The translations under genes and the position numbers were made by a program. A DNA stretch of 64,000 nucleotides from Dehalococcoidia bacterium (GTDB lineage Bacteria; Chloroflexota; Dehalococcoidia; Plut-88900). Where the stretch lies: NCBI GenBank assembly GCA_965207225.1, contig CBDBLV010000005.1:224001-288000 (forward strand), read 5' to 3'. Below are positions 21,602 to 31,236 of this stretch, piece after piece (the stretch's first letter is position 1; each line of letters starts with the position of its first letter). The notes under the pieces were generated by a model, which saw only the letters and a program-made list of their open reading frames with translations, was not told where the DNA came from and did not search any database.

Positions 21602-21994
21602 ATGGACCGAAATGAGAAGCTCCAGAGCCTGACACCCCAGCAGTACTATGTGACCCAGGAGAAGGGCACGGAGATGCCTTTCAGCGGAGAGCATTGGAAC
21701 AATAAGGAGTCGGGGGTGTACAGGTGCGTGGTGTGCGATGCGGAGCTGTTCGACTCTGGGACGAAGTTTGAGTCGGGGACGGGGTGGCCGAGCTTCTACG
21801 ATGCGATGGACAAGTCGAAGCTGGCGACGGAGACGGACTACAGCCACGGGATGGTGAGGACGGAGGTGATGTGCGGGGCGTGCGAGGCGCACCTGGGTCA
21901 TATATTCCCGGACGGGCCTCGGCCCACGGGGTTGAGGTACTGTTTGAACTCGGCTTCGTTGAGGTTTGAGGGGAGGGGGGAGGGCGTGGGGTGA
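21602..21994 (+). CDS. msrB: Peptide methionine sulfoxide reductase MsrB
   Basis: [44 protein letters not shown]; AGGAG RBS before ATG 21602. Confidence 0.97.
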   Translation: MDRNEKLQSLTPQQYYVTQEKGTEMPFSGEHWNNKESGVYRCVVCDAELFDSGTKFESGTGWPSFYDAMDKSKLATETDYSHGMVRTEVMCGACEAHLGHIFPDGPRPTGLRYCLNSASLRFEGRGEGVG

Positions 21995-22170
21995 CTACCA
22001 CAGGGGAGTTGAGGGCGGAGATTGAGAGGACCCGCGTGGAATTAAGGGCAGATATTGCCGACTTGCAGGCCGAAATGGTAAGGCTTCACGTGAGGAATAT
22101 CAGGCTGATGGCGGTTTGCACGGCAGTATGGGTGGGCAGCTTTGCGGTCATATACAAGTTTCTCGGGTGA
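21991..22170 (+). CDS. Small coiled-coil plus TM protein (DUF1640/CCDC90-like, 59 aa)
   Basis: Manual translation [59 protein letters not shown]; GTG overlaps msrB stop; similar to next gene. Confidence 0.6.
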   Translation: MTTTGELRAEIERTRVELRADIADLQAEMVRLHVRNIRLMAVCTAVWVGSFAVIYKFLG

Positions 22171-22234
22171 CTGGTGGCTTTATTGATTCATTGCTAGAAG
22201 GGACACCCTAGTGCTATAATGGCCGCATGGGTGT

Positions 22235-22492
22235 ATGGCTGTGACCACAGTGGAAGAGCGGCTAAGTCGTCTGGAAGGTGTGTATGAGCACCTCGCATCC
22301 AAGGCTGACGTTGCCCGGGTGGAGACGCAGGTTGCCAATCTTCGGACGGAGTTAAAGGGAGATATAGCCGCGCTTCGTGGGGAGATGCTGCGGTTGAATG
22401 CGGGCTTAATAAAGTGGGGAGTCGGGCTTATGGCGGGGTTCCTGGTGATCGGACTAGGAGCAGTCACGGCTATTTTCAGGTTACTGGGTTAA
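22235..22492 (+). CDS. DUF1640/CCDC90-like coiled-coil plus TM protein
   Basis: HLASKADV...LRTELKGDI...LIKWGVG plus TM tail; TATAAT upstream. Confidence 0.8.
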   Translation: MAVTTVEERLSRLEGVYEHLASKADVARVETQVANLRTELKGDIAALRGEMLRLNAGLIKWGVGLMAGFLVIGLGAVTAIFRLLG

Positions 22493-22520
22493 CCAGTTAT
22501 TTCCATTGGTGAGAAGAGGA

Positions 22521-22554
22521 GGGCGGTTGGCTCAGCCAATCGCCCGACCTTTTT
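22521..22554 (+). terminator. Intrinsic terminator
   Basis: GGGCGGTTGGC-TCA-GCCAATCGCCC hairpin followed by CTTTTT. Confidence 0.65.
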
Positions 22555-22625
22555 GCTTAGACAACCACATTGCAGAGCCTTATCCTTACTTTGACAAAAA
22601 GATTCTCTAGAAAGAACGATAGGGC

Positions 22626-22967
22626 ATGGACTGCATCTTTTGTAAGATTGTGGCGGGGGAGATACCTGCGGAGGTGCTGCACCGGGACGAGCAGGTCATC
22701 GTGATACGGGACATCAATCCCCAGGCCCCGACGCATCTGCTTGTTCTTCCCACCACTCACATCGCCTCCGTTCGGGAAATCGGCAGTGAAAACGCTTCCT
22801 TGTTCGGTCACATGACGGTGGTGGCGAATGATATGGCGCGCAGAGAAAGGGTGTTTGAGAAGGGGTACCGGCTGGTCGTGAACTGCGGAGACGAGGGCGG
22901 GCAGACGGTCGGGCATCTTCACATGCACGTTCTCGGGGGGCGGCAGCTGTCGGGGCAGCTGGGGTAG
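22626..22967 (+). CDS. Histidine triad (HIT/Hint) nucleotide-binding protein
   Basis: MDCIFCKIVAGEIP, DINPQAPTH, HLHMHVLGGR. Confidence 0.96.
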   Translation: MDCIFCKIVAGEIPAEVLHRDEQVIVIRDINPQAPTHLLVLPTTHIASVREIGSENASLFGHMTVVANDMARRERVFEKGYRLVVNCGDEGGQTVGHLHMHVLGGRQLSGQLG

Positions 22968-22984
22968 GACGGTTCTGGTGATCG

Positions 22985-23656
22985 TTGTATAAACCGGATA
23001 TGCGTCCTGGTGGTTTTCACCCTCACTCCCTCGAGGGACTCGGGACAGGCTCTAGCCCTCTCCCATCAAGGGAGAGGGGACTGGAAAATGTCTCCGACTC
23101 CACTATTGAGGAGATCAGGCGCGATGTCGGGCGGTTGTCCAGGGGACTTTGCGAGCACATTCTGAGGGTTGAGGAGATAGCGGTCGGGCTGGCGGAGAAG
23201 CATGGTGTCGATGTTGGGAAGGCGAGGGTCGGGGCGCTGCTTCACGATCTGGCCCGGGCCAAGCGCCCCGAGGAGCTGCTGGCATTGGCCAAGGGGTTCG
23301 GGATTGGGGTCGGGCCTCTGGAGGAGCGGATGCCGATATTTCTGCACGGGCCGGTGGCGGCGTGCCTGGCCCGCGAACGGTACGGGGTCGAGGACGCGGA
23401 GATACTGGAGGCGGTGAGGGTACACACCACGGGTCGGGCGGGGATGGGACTCGTGGCCCGGGTGGTGTTCCTGGCGGACAAGCTGGACCCGACGAAGGAC
23501 CTTCGGTACCCGTTCAACTCGGGGATCAGGGAGGTTGCCAGGAGCGACCTTGATCAGGCGATACGGCTGTTCCTGGACGGGGATATATCGGGGCACGTGG
23601 GGAGGGGCGGGGTGGTGCACCCGGGGTCGGTGGGGTTGAGGAACGAGTTGGTGTAG
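22985..23656 (+). CDS. yqeK: HD-domain Ap4A hydrolase YqeK-like (true start probably downstream, near 23090)
   Basis: EHILRV, LLHDLAR, LHGPVAA, HTTG, FLADKLDP; 5' region contains a palindromic repeat. Confidence 0.85.
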   Translation: MYKPDMRPGGFHPHSLEGLGTGSSPLPSRERGLENVSDSTIEEIRRDVGRLSRGLCEHILRVEEIAVGLAEKHGVDVGKARVGALLHDLARAKRPEELLALAKGFGIGVGPLEERMPIFLHGPVAACLARERYGVEDAEILEAVRVHTTGRAGMGLVARVVFLADKLDPTKDLRYPFNSGIREVARSDLDQAIRLFLDGDISGHVGRGGVVHPGSVGLRNELV

Positions 23657-23816
23657 CTCGTCTCTCGACGCTGGGGAGGGAGAGGAACCTTCTTTGCCTT
23701 CTGGGCGTACATGGTTCATCGCAAGTCGTGGTGAGACTTTGCCACCCCTAAATCGGGTTGACAGGGGTAACCATAAAGTGGGTATGGTCAAAGGGGAAGA
23801 CTCGATAAAGTATGCA

Positions 23817-24329
23817 ATGAGAATTGGACTGGGAATAGTCTGTATTGTCTTGGCGGCAACTCTCGCCTTTGCCTGCGAAGAGTCGTCACAGTGTCTTCCA
23901 TCGGAGGAGCAGGCTTACGTCGATGATCTCATGAGACTACGGGACAAGATCGTCGCTTTGGATCAGGCCCAAACGGATCATGTCGGAATGGTCACAATTG
24001 GCTTTGTGATAACCCAAGAGTGGCTAGACGAGGGAAGGGAATTTGCAGAAGAACTTCGAGACACAGGAGGCAGGTTGCGGGACAGGGCGGATACTCCGAT
24101 TCTGTCAACCCGAGAGAGACAAAGGTTCTTCGACCAGGCTCGCAAGCTACTGACTAGGGCTGGTGACCATATAGAGCACGGGATGGGTGAGGTCGCTAGG
24201 GCGCATGGCATGAAGGCAGATGAATTGGAGGGCGTGATGAGCGCGGGTTTTGACTCCTACTATGAAGGACTACGGCTCATGCGACTTCAGGACGATTTGT
24301 GGGAGGTTCTGCTCAAAGACTGTAATTAG
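23817..24329 (+). CDS. Hypothetical helical lipoprotein
   Basis: Signal peptide with lipobox LAFAC. Confidence 0.7.
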   Translation: MRIGLGIVCIVLAATLAFACEESSQCLPSEEQAYVDDLMRLRDKIVALDQAQTDHVGMVTIGFVITQEWLDEGREFAEELRDTGGRLRDRADTPILSTRERQRFFDQARKLLTRAGDHIEHGMGEVARAHGMKADELEGVMSAGFDSYYEGLRLMRLQDDLWEVLLKDCN

Positions 24330-24532
24330 CATGGGTGGAACCGTATATAATTCCCCTGGTTTGTTACCGAGGGGAAGGGACACCCCACCCATTCCGCTCT
24401 TGGACCCTTCGATTCGGCTCGGGGGCCGGAATGACGGAGGGGGTAGGGGATTATGCTACCGCTGTATACGGGTGAGATTGGGGGAATCAGGGGCAGATTG
24501 ACGGGTGTCGGAAGTGGGGATAAGGTGGGCCG

Positions 24533-25966
24533 ATGAAATTTGTGTCAGCGGCGGCGCTAGCCCTGATGGTTGCACTTGTGGGGTGTTCGGGCGGCGTAGA
24601 GGCCCCGACCCCTACGCAGGACTTAGAAGCCACCGTAGCTCAAGCCTTGCCGACTTCCGTTCCAACGGCGACGCCAGACGTCGATGCCACCATAGAAGCC
24701 GGGGTGACCGCGACTAGGACGGCTACTCCACCCACGCCTATCCCTGCGCCTACGCCTATTCCCGCGCCCGCGCCTACACCTACGCCCGTACCTCCCACCC
24801 CCACGCCTAGGCCGACTGAAACTCCCGTCCCTCCAACCCCCGACGCACCAGTCATAAGGTCGATATCGGAGTGGACGGCGGAGAGTCCCGCCACCTTCGA
24901 GGAGATCGAGGCGGAACTGGAGAAATATCGCGGTGAGACGCTCAATGTGACTTCCTGGGGCGGCGCATATCAGCCAGCTCAACGTGTGGCTTATTTCCGG
25001 CCGTTGCAGCAGAAGTTTGGGATCCAGATCATCGAAGACTACCCCGTGAATTTCTCCAGGCTGCGTTCCATGGTGGAATCCGGAAACGTGACCTGGGACG
25101 TGTTGGACTCGTCCACCCGGGACCTCTATCCGCTTGGTACAGAGGGCTTCCTTGAGGAGCTGACCCCGGCCATCCACAACCGCTATCTCCGCCACTTCCC
25201 GCAGGTGGCACAGACACCCTGGGGCGGCGGTGGCGGAGTGCTGTGGGCGACGGGGCTAGCCTACCGGCTTGACGGGGTAGAGACTTTGTGGGGGGGCAAG
25301 CGGCCGTCCGACTGGAAGGCATTCTGGGACACGGAGAACTATCCGGGCAGAAGGTGGTTGGGCGGAAGAGTGAGCGAGAACATCTTCTTTGCCCAGTTCG
25401 CCCTCAACCCCCAGGTTCTCGAAAGTGCCGAAGGCCGCGACAGTATAGCGAAGCTAACCCCTGAACAGGTGGACCAGTCCTTCGAGAAGCTGGCAGAGAT
25501 CGAGCCTCATATAGACTACTGGTGGTGGGGATCGCGTGACTGCATGTTCGGGCTTATGACCGACGACGTGGATATGTGTACGTCCTGGAATGCAGACACC
25601 TGGTATCTTCGGACGGAGCCGGAGGCCGAGGGTGTCCACTACTGCTACGAATGTGGACACGTTATTCAGGACAACCTGTTCTACATCCCGAAGGGGTCTC
25701 CGAACAGGAAGCTGGCCGAGCTATTCATCTCCTGGACGGCAGAACCCCACATCAACGTGAAAATATCCAACTACGTGCCATACGGCCCGCTGAACCGGCA
25801 AGCGCTGCCATTGGCAACTCCCGACCGCGTAAACCCGGAAGTCATACCCTACCTCCCCACCTCCCCGGCGGCACTTGAAAGGGCCGTGACGGTCGATGGG
25901 AAGTGGCTGGGCCCCAACCTGGATGCTCTGGCGGAGAGGATGGCGGCATTCCTGGCAGGCCATTGA
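24533..25966 (+). CDS. ABC transporter substrate-binding lipoprotein (PotD/PotF polyamine-like)
   Basis: Lipobox LVGC, PT linker, VTSWGGAYQ, VTWDV, DWKAFWD..YPGRR, IPKGSPN. Confidence 0.88.
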   Translation: MKFVSAAALALMVALVGCSGGVEAPTPTQDLEATVAQALPTSVPTATPDVDATIEAGVTATRTATPPTPIPAPTPIPAPAPTPTPVPPTPTPRPTETPVPPTPDAPVIRSISEWTAESPATFEEIEAELEKYRGETLNVTSWGGAYQPAQRVAYFRPLQQKFGIQIIEDYPVNFSRLRSMVESGNVTWDVLDSSTRDLYPLGTEGFLEELTPAIHNRYLRHFPQVAQTPWGGGGGVLWATGLAYRLDGVETLWGGKRPSDWKAFWDTENYPGRRWLGGRVSENIFFAQFALNPQVLESAEGRDSIAKLTPEQVDQSFEKLAEIEPHIDYWWWGSRDCMFGLMTDDVDMCTSWNADTWYLRTEPEAEGVHYCYECGHVIQDNLFYIPKGSPNRKLAELFISWTAEPHINVKISNYVPYGPLNRQALPLATPDRVNPEVIPYLPTSPAALERAVTVDGKWLGPNLDALAERMAAFLAGH

Positions 25967-26024
25967 TACAGTCGATGGGCAACCCCATGGCTTAAGAGCA
26001 GAGGGGAAGGGATAAGGTGAGCGG

Positions 26025-26966
26025 ATGAAACTCGTGGCTGTGGCTGCGCTAGTCCTTATGGCTGCACTTGCAGGGTGCTCCAGCAGCGTAGAGGTCCAAA
26101 CTCCTACGCGGGAAACAGAAGCTGCGGTCCAGACCCCCGTGGCGCAATTACCTCCCACCCCCAACCCCGTAGAGACACCAGGCATAAGCGCCACCGTAGA
26201 AGCAGGCATAGCAGCGACGATGCTCGCCATTCCGACTATACCTACACCCGAACCCGTGCCAACGCCCACACCTATTCTCTCGCCTACGCCTGTCCCAACT
26301 CTTAACCCTTCTCAGACACCAATGCCGACTCCCACTCCAGTCCCAACACCCACACCAGCGCCTACAGCCACCCCCAGACCGACCGCCACACCTATGCCGA
26401 CCTCAACACCACAGCCGCCATTGCCGCCAGCCCCTGTTGATCGCGGCTGGAACACTCTTGGGTCAGCTGAGGCGCCGATAACACTGGTGAAGTTCGGGGA
26501 TTTCCAATGTCCAGCCTGTCGGAGTTGGGCACGCGGACCGGGCCTGGAGCTCCGAGAGAGCTACATCGAGCGAGGTCAGGTCAGATTTATCTACCGCCAC
26601 TACATAATCTATGGCGATTACTCCGATTTGCAGGCCATGGGGACCGAATGCGCGGGTGAGCAGGATGCGTTCTGGCGGTTTTACGATCGCCTCTACCGTC
26701 TAGGGCCGGTAAACCGACAAAGGATGGCAACTCTGGCCGACAACATGGGGCTGGACGTGCCCCGCTTCACCGCCTGTCTCGACGAGCAGAGGTACCGGCA
26801 GGCCATAGAAGAAGATATCGAGTACGCACGTGCCTTGGATGTGTCAGCAGTGCCGACCATATTGATTGTGGGCGCGGGCGAGTATATCCAGGTCGGCGGT
26901 GGCTTCAGCATCTCAGACCTCGGGAAGAACTTCGACCGACTCCTGGCGCGTCTCGAAGACCAATGA
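26025..26966 (+). CDS. DsbA-family thioredoxin-fold lipoprotein
   Basis: Lipobox LAGC, PT linker, GSAEAPITLVKFGDFQCPAC, cis-Pro VPT. Confidence 0.9.
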   Translation: MKLVAVAALVLMAALAGCSSSVEVQTPTRETEAAVQTPVAQLPPTPNPVETPGISATVEAGIAATMLAIPTIPTPEPVPTPTPILSPTPVPTLNPSQTPMPTPTPVPTPTPAPTATPRPTATPMPTSTPQPPLPPAPVDRGWNTLGSAEAPITLVKFGDFQCPACRSWARGPGLELRESYIERGQVRFIYRHYIIYGDYSDLQAMGTECAGEQDAFWRFYDRLYRLGPVNRQRMATLADNMGLDVPRFTACLDEQRYRQAIEEDIEYARALDVSAVPTILIVGAGEYIQVGGGFSISDLGKNFDRLLARLEDQ

Positions 26967-27135
26967 GCCTATAGCTCTGCCACGCAGTGGAGGCCAGGAT
27001 GCCGGATACGATCAACGCCGTTCTGCTCATAGCGTGTGGGAGTTACGGTAAGGGATAGGGGTTTGTCGGAGTAAGAGACGGTGCCACCCGCACTGGGCAT
27101 GGATTCCCGGGTAGTCGGGGGATGTTAGAAATAGC

Positions 27136-27169
27136 AATCGGGCGGGTGGTTTAGGCCACCCGCCCGATT
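27136..27169. terminator. Long hairpin between convergent genes (bidirectional terminator candidate)
   Basis: AATCGGGCGGGTGG-TTTAGG-CCACCCGCCCGATT, 14-bp perfect stem. Confidence 0.7.
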
Positions 27170-27267
27170 TGGGTTCCTTAGAAAGGACTTTCACCCTCAC
27201 CCCCCGACCTCTCGGGGGCAGGCTCTTCGACTCTGCTCAGGGCGAGCGGGATGCCCCGCCCCGGGGA

Positions 27268-27296
27268 TGGATTCCCGACTACTCGGGAATGACGGA
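27268..27296. repeat. Intergenic palindrome family C (ATTCCC-N8-GGGAATGAC)
   Basis: ATTCCCGACTACTCGGGAATGACGG; variants at ~2983, ~17224, ~21354, ~24411, ~27101, ~30381, ~33340. Confidence 0.75.
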
Positions 27297-27305
27297 AGGT
27301 AGGGG

Positions 27306-28439
27306 TTAGAGGCCTATGGCGTCGGCGACTTTTTCCTTGTGGTAGTCGGCGTCTCCGAAGAAGAGCTCGGCCTGCTTGGCCCTCCGGAAGAAGAGCTGCA
27401 TGTCGTGCTCCTTGGTGAAGCCGATGCCGCCGTGGACCTGGTGGCCGAGGGCGGCTACCCGACGGCACGCCTCGCTGACCCAAGCCTTCGCCATCGAGAC
27501 CTCACGGTCGCATTCCAGACCCTCGCTGAGGCGCCAGGCGGCCTGGTAGGTGATGAAGCGGGAGCCGTCGACGTCGGTGGCCATGTTGGCGCAGTGGTGC
27601 TGGATGGCCTGGAAGCTGCCGATGGGCCGGCCGAACTGCACCCTGTTCTTGGCGTACTCGACGGCGATTTCGAGGACCTGCTGGGAGTTGCCGACCATCT
27701 CGGCGCACTTGCCTACCGCTCCTCGACGCAGGGCCTGCTCGACAATGGGCCAGCCTTCGTCGATGTTGCCGAGGGCGTTGGTCCTCGGGACCCGGACGTT
27801 GTCCAAGACGACCTCGCACTGCTTGTCGGAGGCGATGGTCTTGAGGACCTCGTAGCTGATGCCGGCGCTCTTGGCGTCGACGATGAAGGCCGTGATGCCG
27901 TCGTTGGGGTCGTCGGACTCCTTGGTGCGGGCGGTGACGATGAGGTAGTCGGAGACATGGGCGTCGGGCACGAATAGCTTGACGCCGTTGAGGATGAAGT
28001 CGTCGCCGTCGGCAACGCCGGTGACCGAAACGCCGCCTGCGTCCCAGCGGCCGCTGGGCTCGGTGTGGGCGAGGGTCATGATGGCCTCGCCGTTGGAGAT
28101 CTTGGAGAGGTACTCCTGCTTCTGCTCGTCGGTGCCGGCGTCGTTAATGGCCATACCGGCCACGACCACGGTGTAGAAATAGGGGCCCGGGACCAGGGCC
28201 CGGCCGAACTCTTCGACGAGGACCATGAGGTCCAGGAACTCGAATCCTGCGCCGCCGTAGTTTTCCGGGAAGGGCAGGCCCATGAAGCCCTGCTCCACCA
28301 GCTTCTGCCAGAGCTCGGGCGAGTAGCCCTTTTCGTCTTCTTCCATGTCCCGCACCAGGGTCTTGGGACACTCGGCTTCGAGCATCTCCCGTGCGGTGCG
28401 TTTGAGCATTTCCTGTTCTTCGCTAAGGCCCAGGTCCAT
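27306..28439 (-). CDS. Acyl-CoA dehydrogenase, beta-type (FadE27/FadE28-like) subunit
   Basis: RVQFGRPIGSFQAIQH, HQVHGGIGFTKEH; lacks the FER catalytic Glu motif. Confidence 0.92.
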   Translation of the reverse strand: MDLGLSEEQEMLKRTAREMLEAECPKTLVRDMEEDEKGYSPELWQKLVEQGFMGLPFPENYGGAGFEFLDLMVLVEEFGRALVPGPYFYTVVVAGMAINDAGTDEQKQEYLSKISNGEAIMTLAHTEPSGRWDAGGVSVTGVADGDDFILNGVKLFVPDAHVSDYLIVTARTKESDDPNDGITAFIVDAKSAGISYEVLKTIASDKQCEVVLDNVRVPRTNALGNIDEGWPIVEQALRRGAVGKCAEMVGNSQQVLEIAVEYAKNRVQFGRPIGSFQAIQHHCANMATDVDGSRFITYQAAWRLSEGLECDREVSMAKAWVSEACRRVAALGHQVHGGIGFTKEHDMQLFFRRAKQAELFFGDADYHKEKVADAIGL

Positions 28440-28532
28440 CTTGCTTCCTCCTTGCCAGTTATGGACGTTTCGGTTTATGCGGACTTGTATTTTATCTTTG
28501 GATTCCTGTCTTTGCAGGAGTGTTGTCGCGTT

Positions 28533-28916
28533 TTATTTTTGGGCGAGGGTTTCTGCGTCCCGGATGAAGTCGGCGGTCTCGTGGATTAGGCGCTCGGTGC
28601 CGGGCATTGGACAATACTCGTGGTAGAAACATTGGCCATGAAGGCTCTCTTGCCTGTTGAAGTACCTAAGGCGAAGAGCATACACGGCGGGGTCGGTATC
28701 GGAGATGCTGATGAGGCTCCTGCTGGCATCAGGCGACTTACGAGGCTCCTGTCCGGTGCGAGCGAGGACGAGGGCCTCAATAGCGCGGAGGGTGGCGCAC
28801 CAGGCTTTTTCGGCGGCGTCCCGGATGTCGTCGTCGGCCATGCGAGCCAGCGCGGCGCCGTGCATGCGTCGGGCGTCGTCGAATATTGCAGAAGGGCTGG
28901 CTTCGGTGGTGGTCAT
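28533..28916 (-). CDS. PaREP1/HEPN-like protein
   Basis: DIRDAAEKAWCA, RQESLH (RxxxxH), CFYH. Confidence 0.75.
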   Translation of the reverse strand: MTTTEASPSAIFDDARRMHGAALARMADDDIRDAAEKAWCATLRAIEALVLARTGQEPRKSPDASRSLISISDTDPAVYALRLRYFNRQESLHGQCFYHEYCPMPGTERLIHETADFIRDAETLAQK

Positions 28917-28929
28917 GTCTTTTTTGTTT

Positions 28930-30108
28930 CTAGGCACCCCTGGGGAGGCCGAGGCCGCGGGTGGCGATTATGTTTCGCTGAACGTCGGCGGTGCCACCGG
29001 CTATATTAACACCAATGGTCTCAAGATACATGTGCCTCATGCCGCCTTCCAGGGCGACGTACTTAGAATCGGCCCGCAGCTGGCCGGTGAGGCCCATGAC
29101 CTGCATGCCGGCTTCGCTGAAGCGCCTGAGCATGGCGGTGCTGTAGACCTTGGCGATGGAGCCTGCGGAGTCGGGGGCGTGGCCATTGGCGGCGAGCCAC
29201 GCGACCCGGTAGCAGAGCATCCGTGAGACCTCGATGTCGATGGCGGCGTCGGCGAGCTTGCTGCGGACCCGTGGATCGTCGATTAGCCGGGCGCCGTTGA
29301 CCTTGGTGTCGCGGGCGTAGTCGACGAGTTCCTCCAAGGCCCGACGTGCGGCTGCGGGCCATTCGACGGTGGAGCGTTCGAAGCCGAGAAGGGTCATGGC
29401 GACGTACCACCCCCGGTTCACCTCCCCGACGATGTCGCGCTTGTTGACCCGGACGTTGTCGAAAAAGACCTCGTTGAAGGAGTGGCGGCCGGTGGCGCTG
29501 ACGATGGGCCGGACCTCGACGCCGGGGTCTTTCATGTCGCCCATGAAAAAGGTGATGCCGCGGTGCTTGGGGGCGTCGGGGTCGGTGCGGGCCAGCATGA
29601 AGAAGCGGTCGGCGTGGTGGGCGCCGCTGGTCCAGATCTTCTGGCCGGTGATCACGTAGTCGTCACCATCCTCGACGGCGCGGGTCTGGAGGGATGCGAG
29701 GTCGGAGCCGGAGCCGGGCTCGCTGAAGCCCTGGCACCAGTTGATGCGGCCCTCGGCGATGGCGGGGAGATACTTGCGCTTCTGCTCCTCGGTGCCGTGC
29801 ATCATGAGCGCGGGCCCGAGCATACCTATGCCGAAGGCGTCCTTGCCGGGTGAGCGGTGGTAGGCCATCTCCTCGTTGAAGACGAGCTGGGTGATGGGCG
29901 AGGCGCCCTGGCCTCCATACTCTTTGGGCCAGCCGAGGGTGAGCCAGCCGCGGTCGGCGAGCTTGCGGCGCATCTTCCTTGCCAGGTCGGAGTCCTCGTC
30001 TGCGGTCTCGATGAGGCCGTAGCGCCACTTGCGCGGCAGTTCCTCTTTCAGGAATGTGCGAAGTTCTTCCCGGAAGGCGTCTTCTTCTCTGGTGAATTTG
30101 TATTGCAT
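28930..30108 (-). CDS. Acyl-CoA dehydrogenase, alpha-type (FadE26/FadE29-like)
   Basis: WCQGFSEPGSGSDLASL, GQKIWTS, LGFER, IAGGTADVQRNIIATRGLGLPR. Confidence 0.95.
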   Translation of the reverse strand: MQYKFTREEDAFREELRTFLKEELPRKWRYGLIETADEDSDLARKMRRKLADRGWLTLGWPKEYGGQGASPITQLVFNEEMAYHRSPGKDAFGIGMLGPALMMHGTEEQKRKYLPAIAEGRINWCQGFSEPGSGSDLASLQTRAVEDGDDYVITGQKIWTSGAHHADRFFMLARTDPDAPKHRGITFFMGDMKDPGVEVRPIVSATGRHSFNEVFFDNVRVNKRDIVGEVNRGWYVAMTLLGFERSTVEWPAAARRALEELVDYARDTKVNGARLIDDPRVRSKLADAAIDIEVSRMLCYRVAWLAANGHAPDSAGSIAKVYSTAMLRRFSEAGMQVMGLTGQLRADSKYVALEGGMRHMYLETIGVNIAGGTADVQRNIIATRGLGLPRGA

Positions 30109-30252
30109 GGCTACCCTTGCCCTCTGTGTCCCCCTTTCCCTTCCTAAGGGAGAGGGGGAATATATAAGTTCTGGGGGGTGTCCCCCCAGTCCCCCCTACC
30201 AAAGGGGCAGAGCCCCTCTGGACTCCCCGTCAGTGAGATTCTATTCAGGGGA

Positions 30253-30321
30253 TTACGTACCTCTCGGGAGCCCGAGGCCCCGGGTGGCAATTATATTACG
30301 TTGCACCTCGGAGGTGCCGCC
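30253..30321 (-). pseudogene. 3'-terminal remnant of an acyl-CoA dehydrogenase gene
   Basis: Translates to GGTSEVQRNIIATRGLGLPRGT* with no upstream gene body; abuts a palindromic repeat. Confidence 0.85.
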
Positions 30322-30417
30322 TCTCCCCCCGCTCATAATTCGACGGGGCTTGGTGGGAGCGGCCCCACCCCACGGGAGATGGAATCCCGATCGAGGTCGG
30401 GAATGACTGGAAGGGGG

Positions 30418-30837
30418 TTAGGGTGGGGGTGGAGTGCGCTCCAGGGCCGACAGGAATCTAGGTGCGTTGAGGATACTGGCGCCGTGATGTTCCTCCAGGG
30501 GCATTAGATGTTTTCGGTCGCCGGTGACCAGGTATTGGGCATTTGCGGACGACACACATTCCAGGATTCGGTTGTCGGGGTGGCCGTCCTGGACCACATC
30601 TGGGCGCCGCTGAGGTTCAATGATGCGAGCGGCGTTCCGCAGTGCGCTGAGAGCCTGAGCCGAACGTTCTTCGGCCCAACCGAACTTGCGCTCGAGCACC
30701 CCCGAGACCTCGTCCAGGATGAAGGTGGATAGGCACAGTTCAAAACGTCCCCTGAGGGCCAGTTCGAGAACTAGGCGCTCGTTGCCCGGGAAGTTCAAGC
30801 CCGAGACTATGACGTTGGTGTCGAGGACGACTCTCAC
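30418..30837 (-). CDS. PIN-domain toxin (VapC-like), copy 1
   Basis: MRVVLDTNVIVSG, DNRILECV, YLVTGDRKHL; GTG start overlaps antitoxin stop. Confidence 0.92.
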   Translation of the reverse strand: MRVVLDTNVIVSGLNFPGNERLVLELALRGRFELCLSTFILDEVSGVLERKFGWAEERSAQALSALRNAARIIEPQRRPDVVQDGHPDNRILECVSSANAQYLVTGDRKHLMPLEEHHGASILNAPRFLSALERTPPPP

Positions 30838-31091
30838 GTACGGGAGGAGGCGACTTCGGTCCGGTACTCTTCCACGAGGCGGGCCACGTCCTCGGGGCCC
30901 AGGCCTTTCTCCCTGGCCCGCTCTTCTCCGTACCGGAGCAGTTGCCTCCACTCGCATTCCTCGATGTAGCGGAGCACGGCCTCCCGGAGGAACTCGCTCC
31001 TGGAGCGTCTCTGTTGCTTCATGGCCTCGTCCACGCGTTTGGCCATGTCTGGGGGGAGGGAGAAGGTGATGGTCTTTGTACTTCGCGGCAC
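30834..31091 (-). CDS. Ribbon-helix-helix (CopG) antitoxin, copy 1
   Basis: ITFSLPPDMAKRVD...RSRSEFLREAVLRY. Confidence 0.92.
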   Translation of the reverse strand: MPRSTKTITFSLPPDMAKRVDEAMKQQRRSRSEFLREAVLRYIEECEWRQLLRYGEERAREKGLGPEDVARLVEEYRTEVASSRT

Positions 31092-31236
31092 GTTCTTCTC
31101 TACTTACCGAGTCTTACCAAGATAATGCAAGATGACAATCTATGTGTCAAGCAGGGTAGGTTCATCCCCACCCCCCCTGCTCATACTTCGACTACGCTCA
31201 GCATGAGCCGCCCCACCCCAGAGTTGCTGACCCTCC

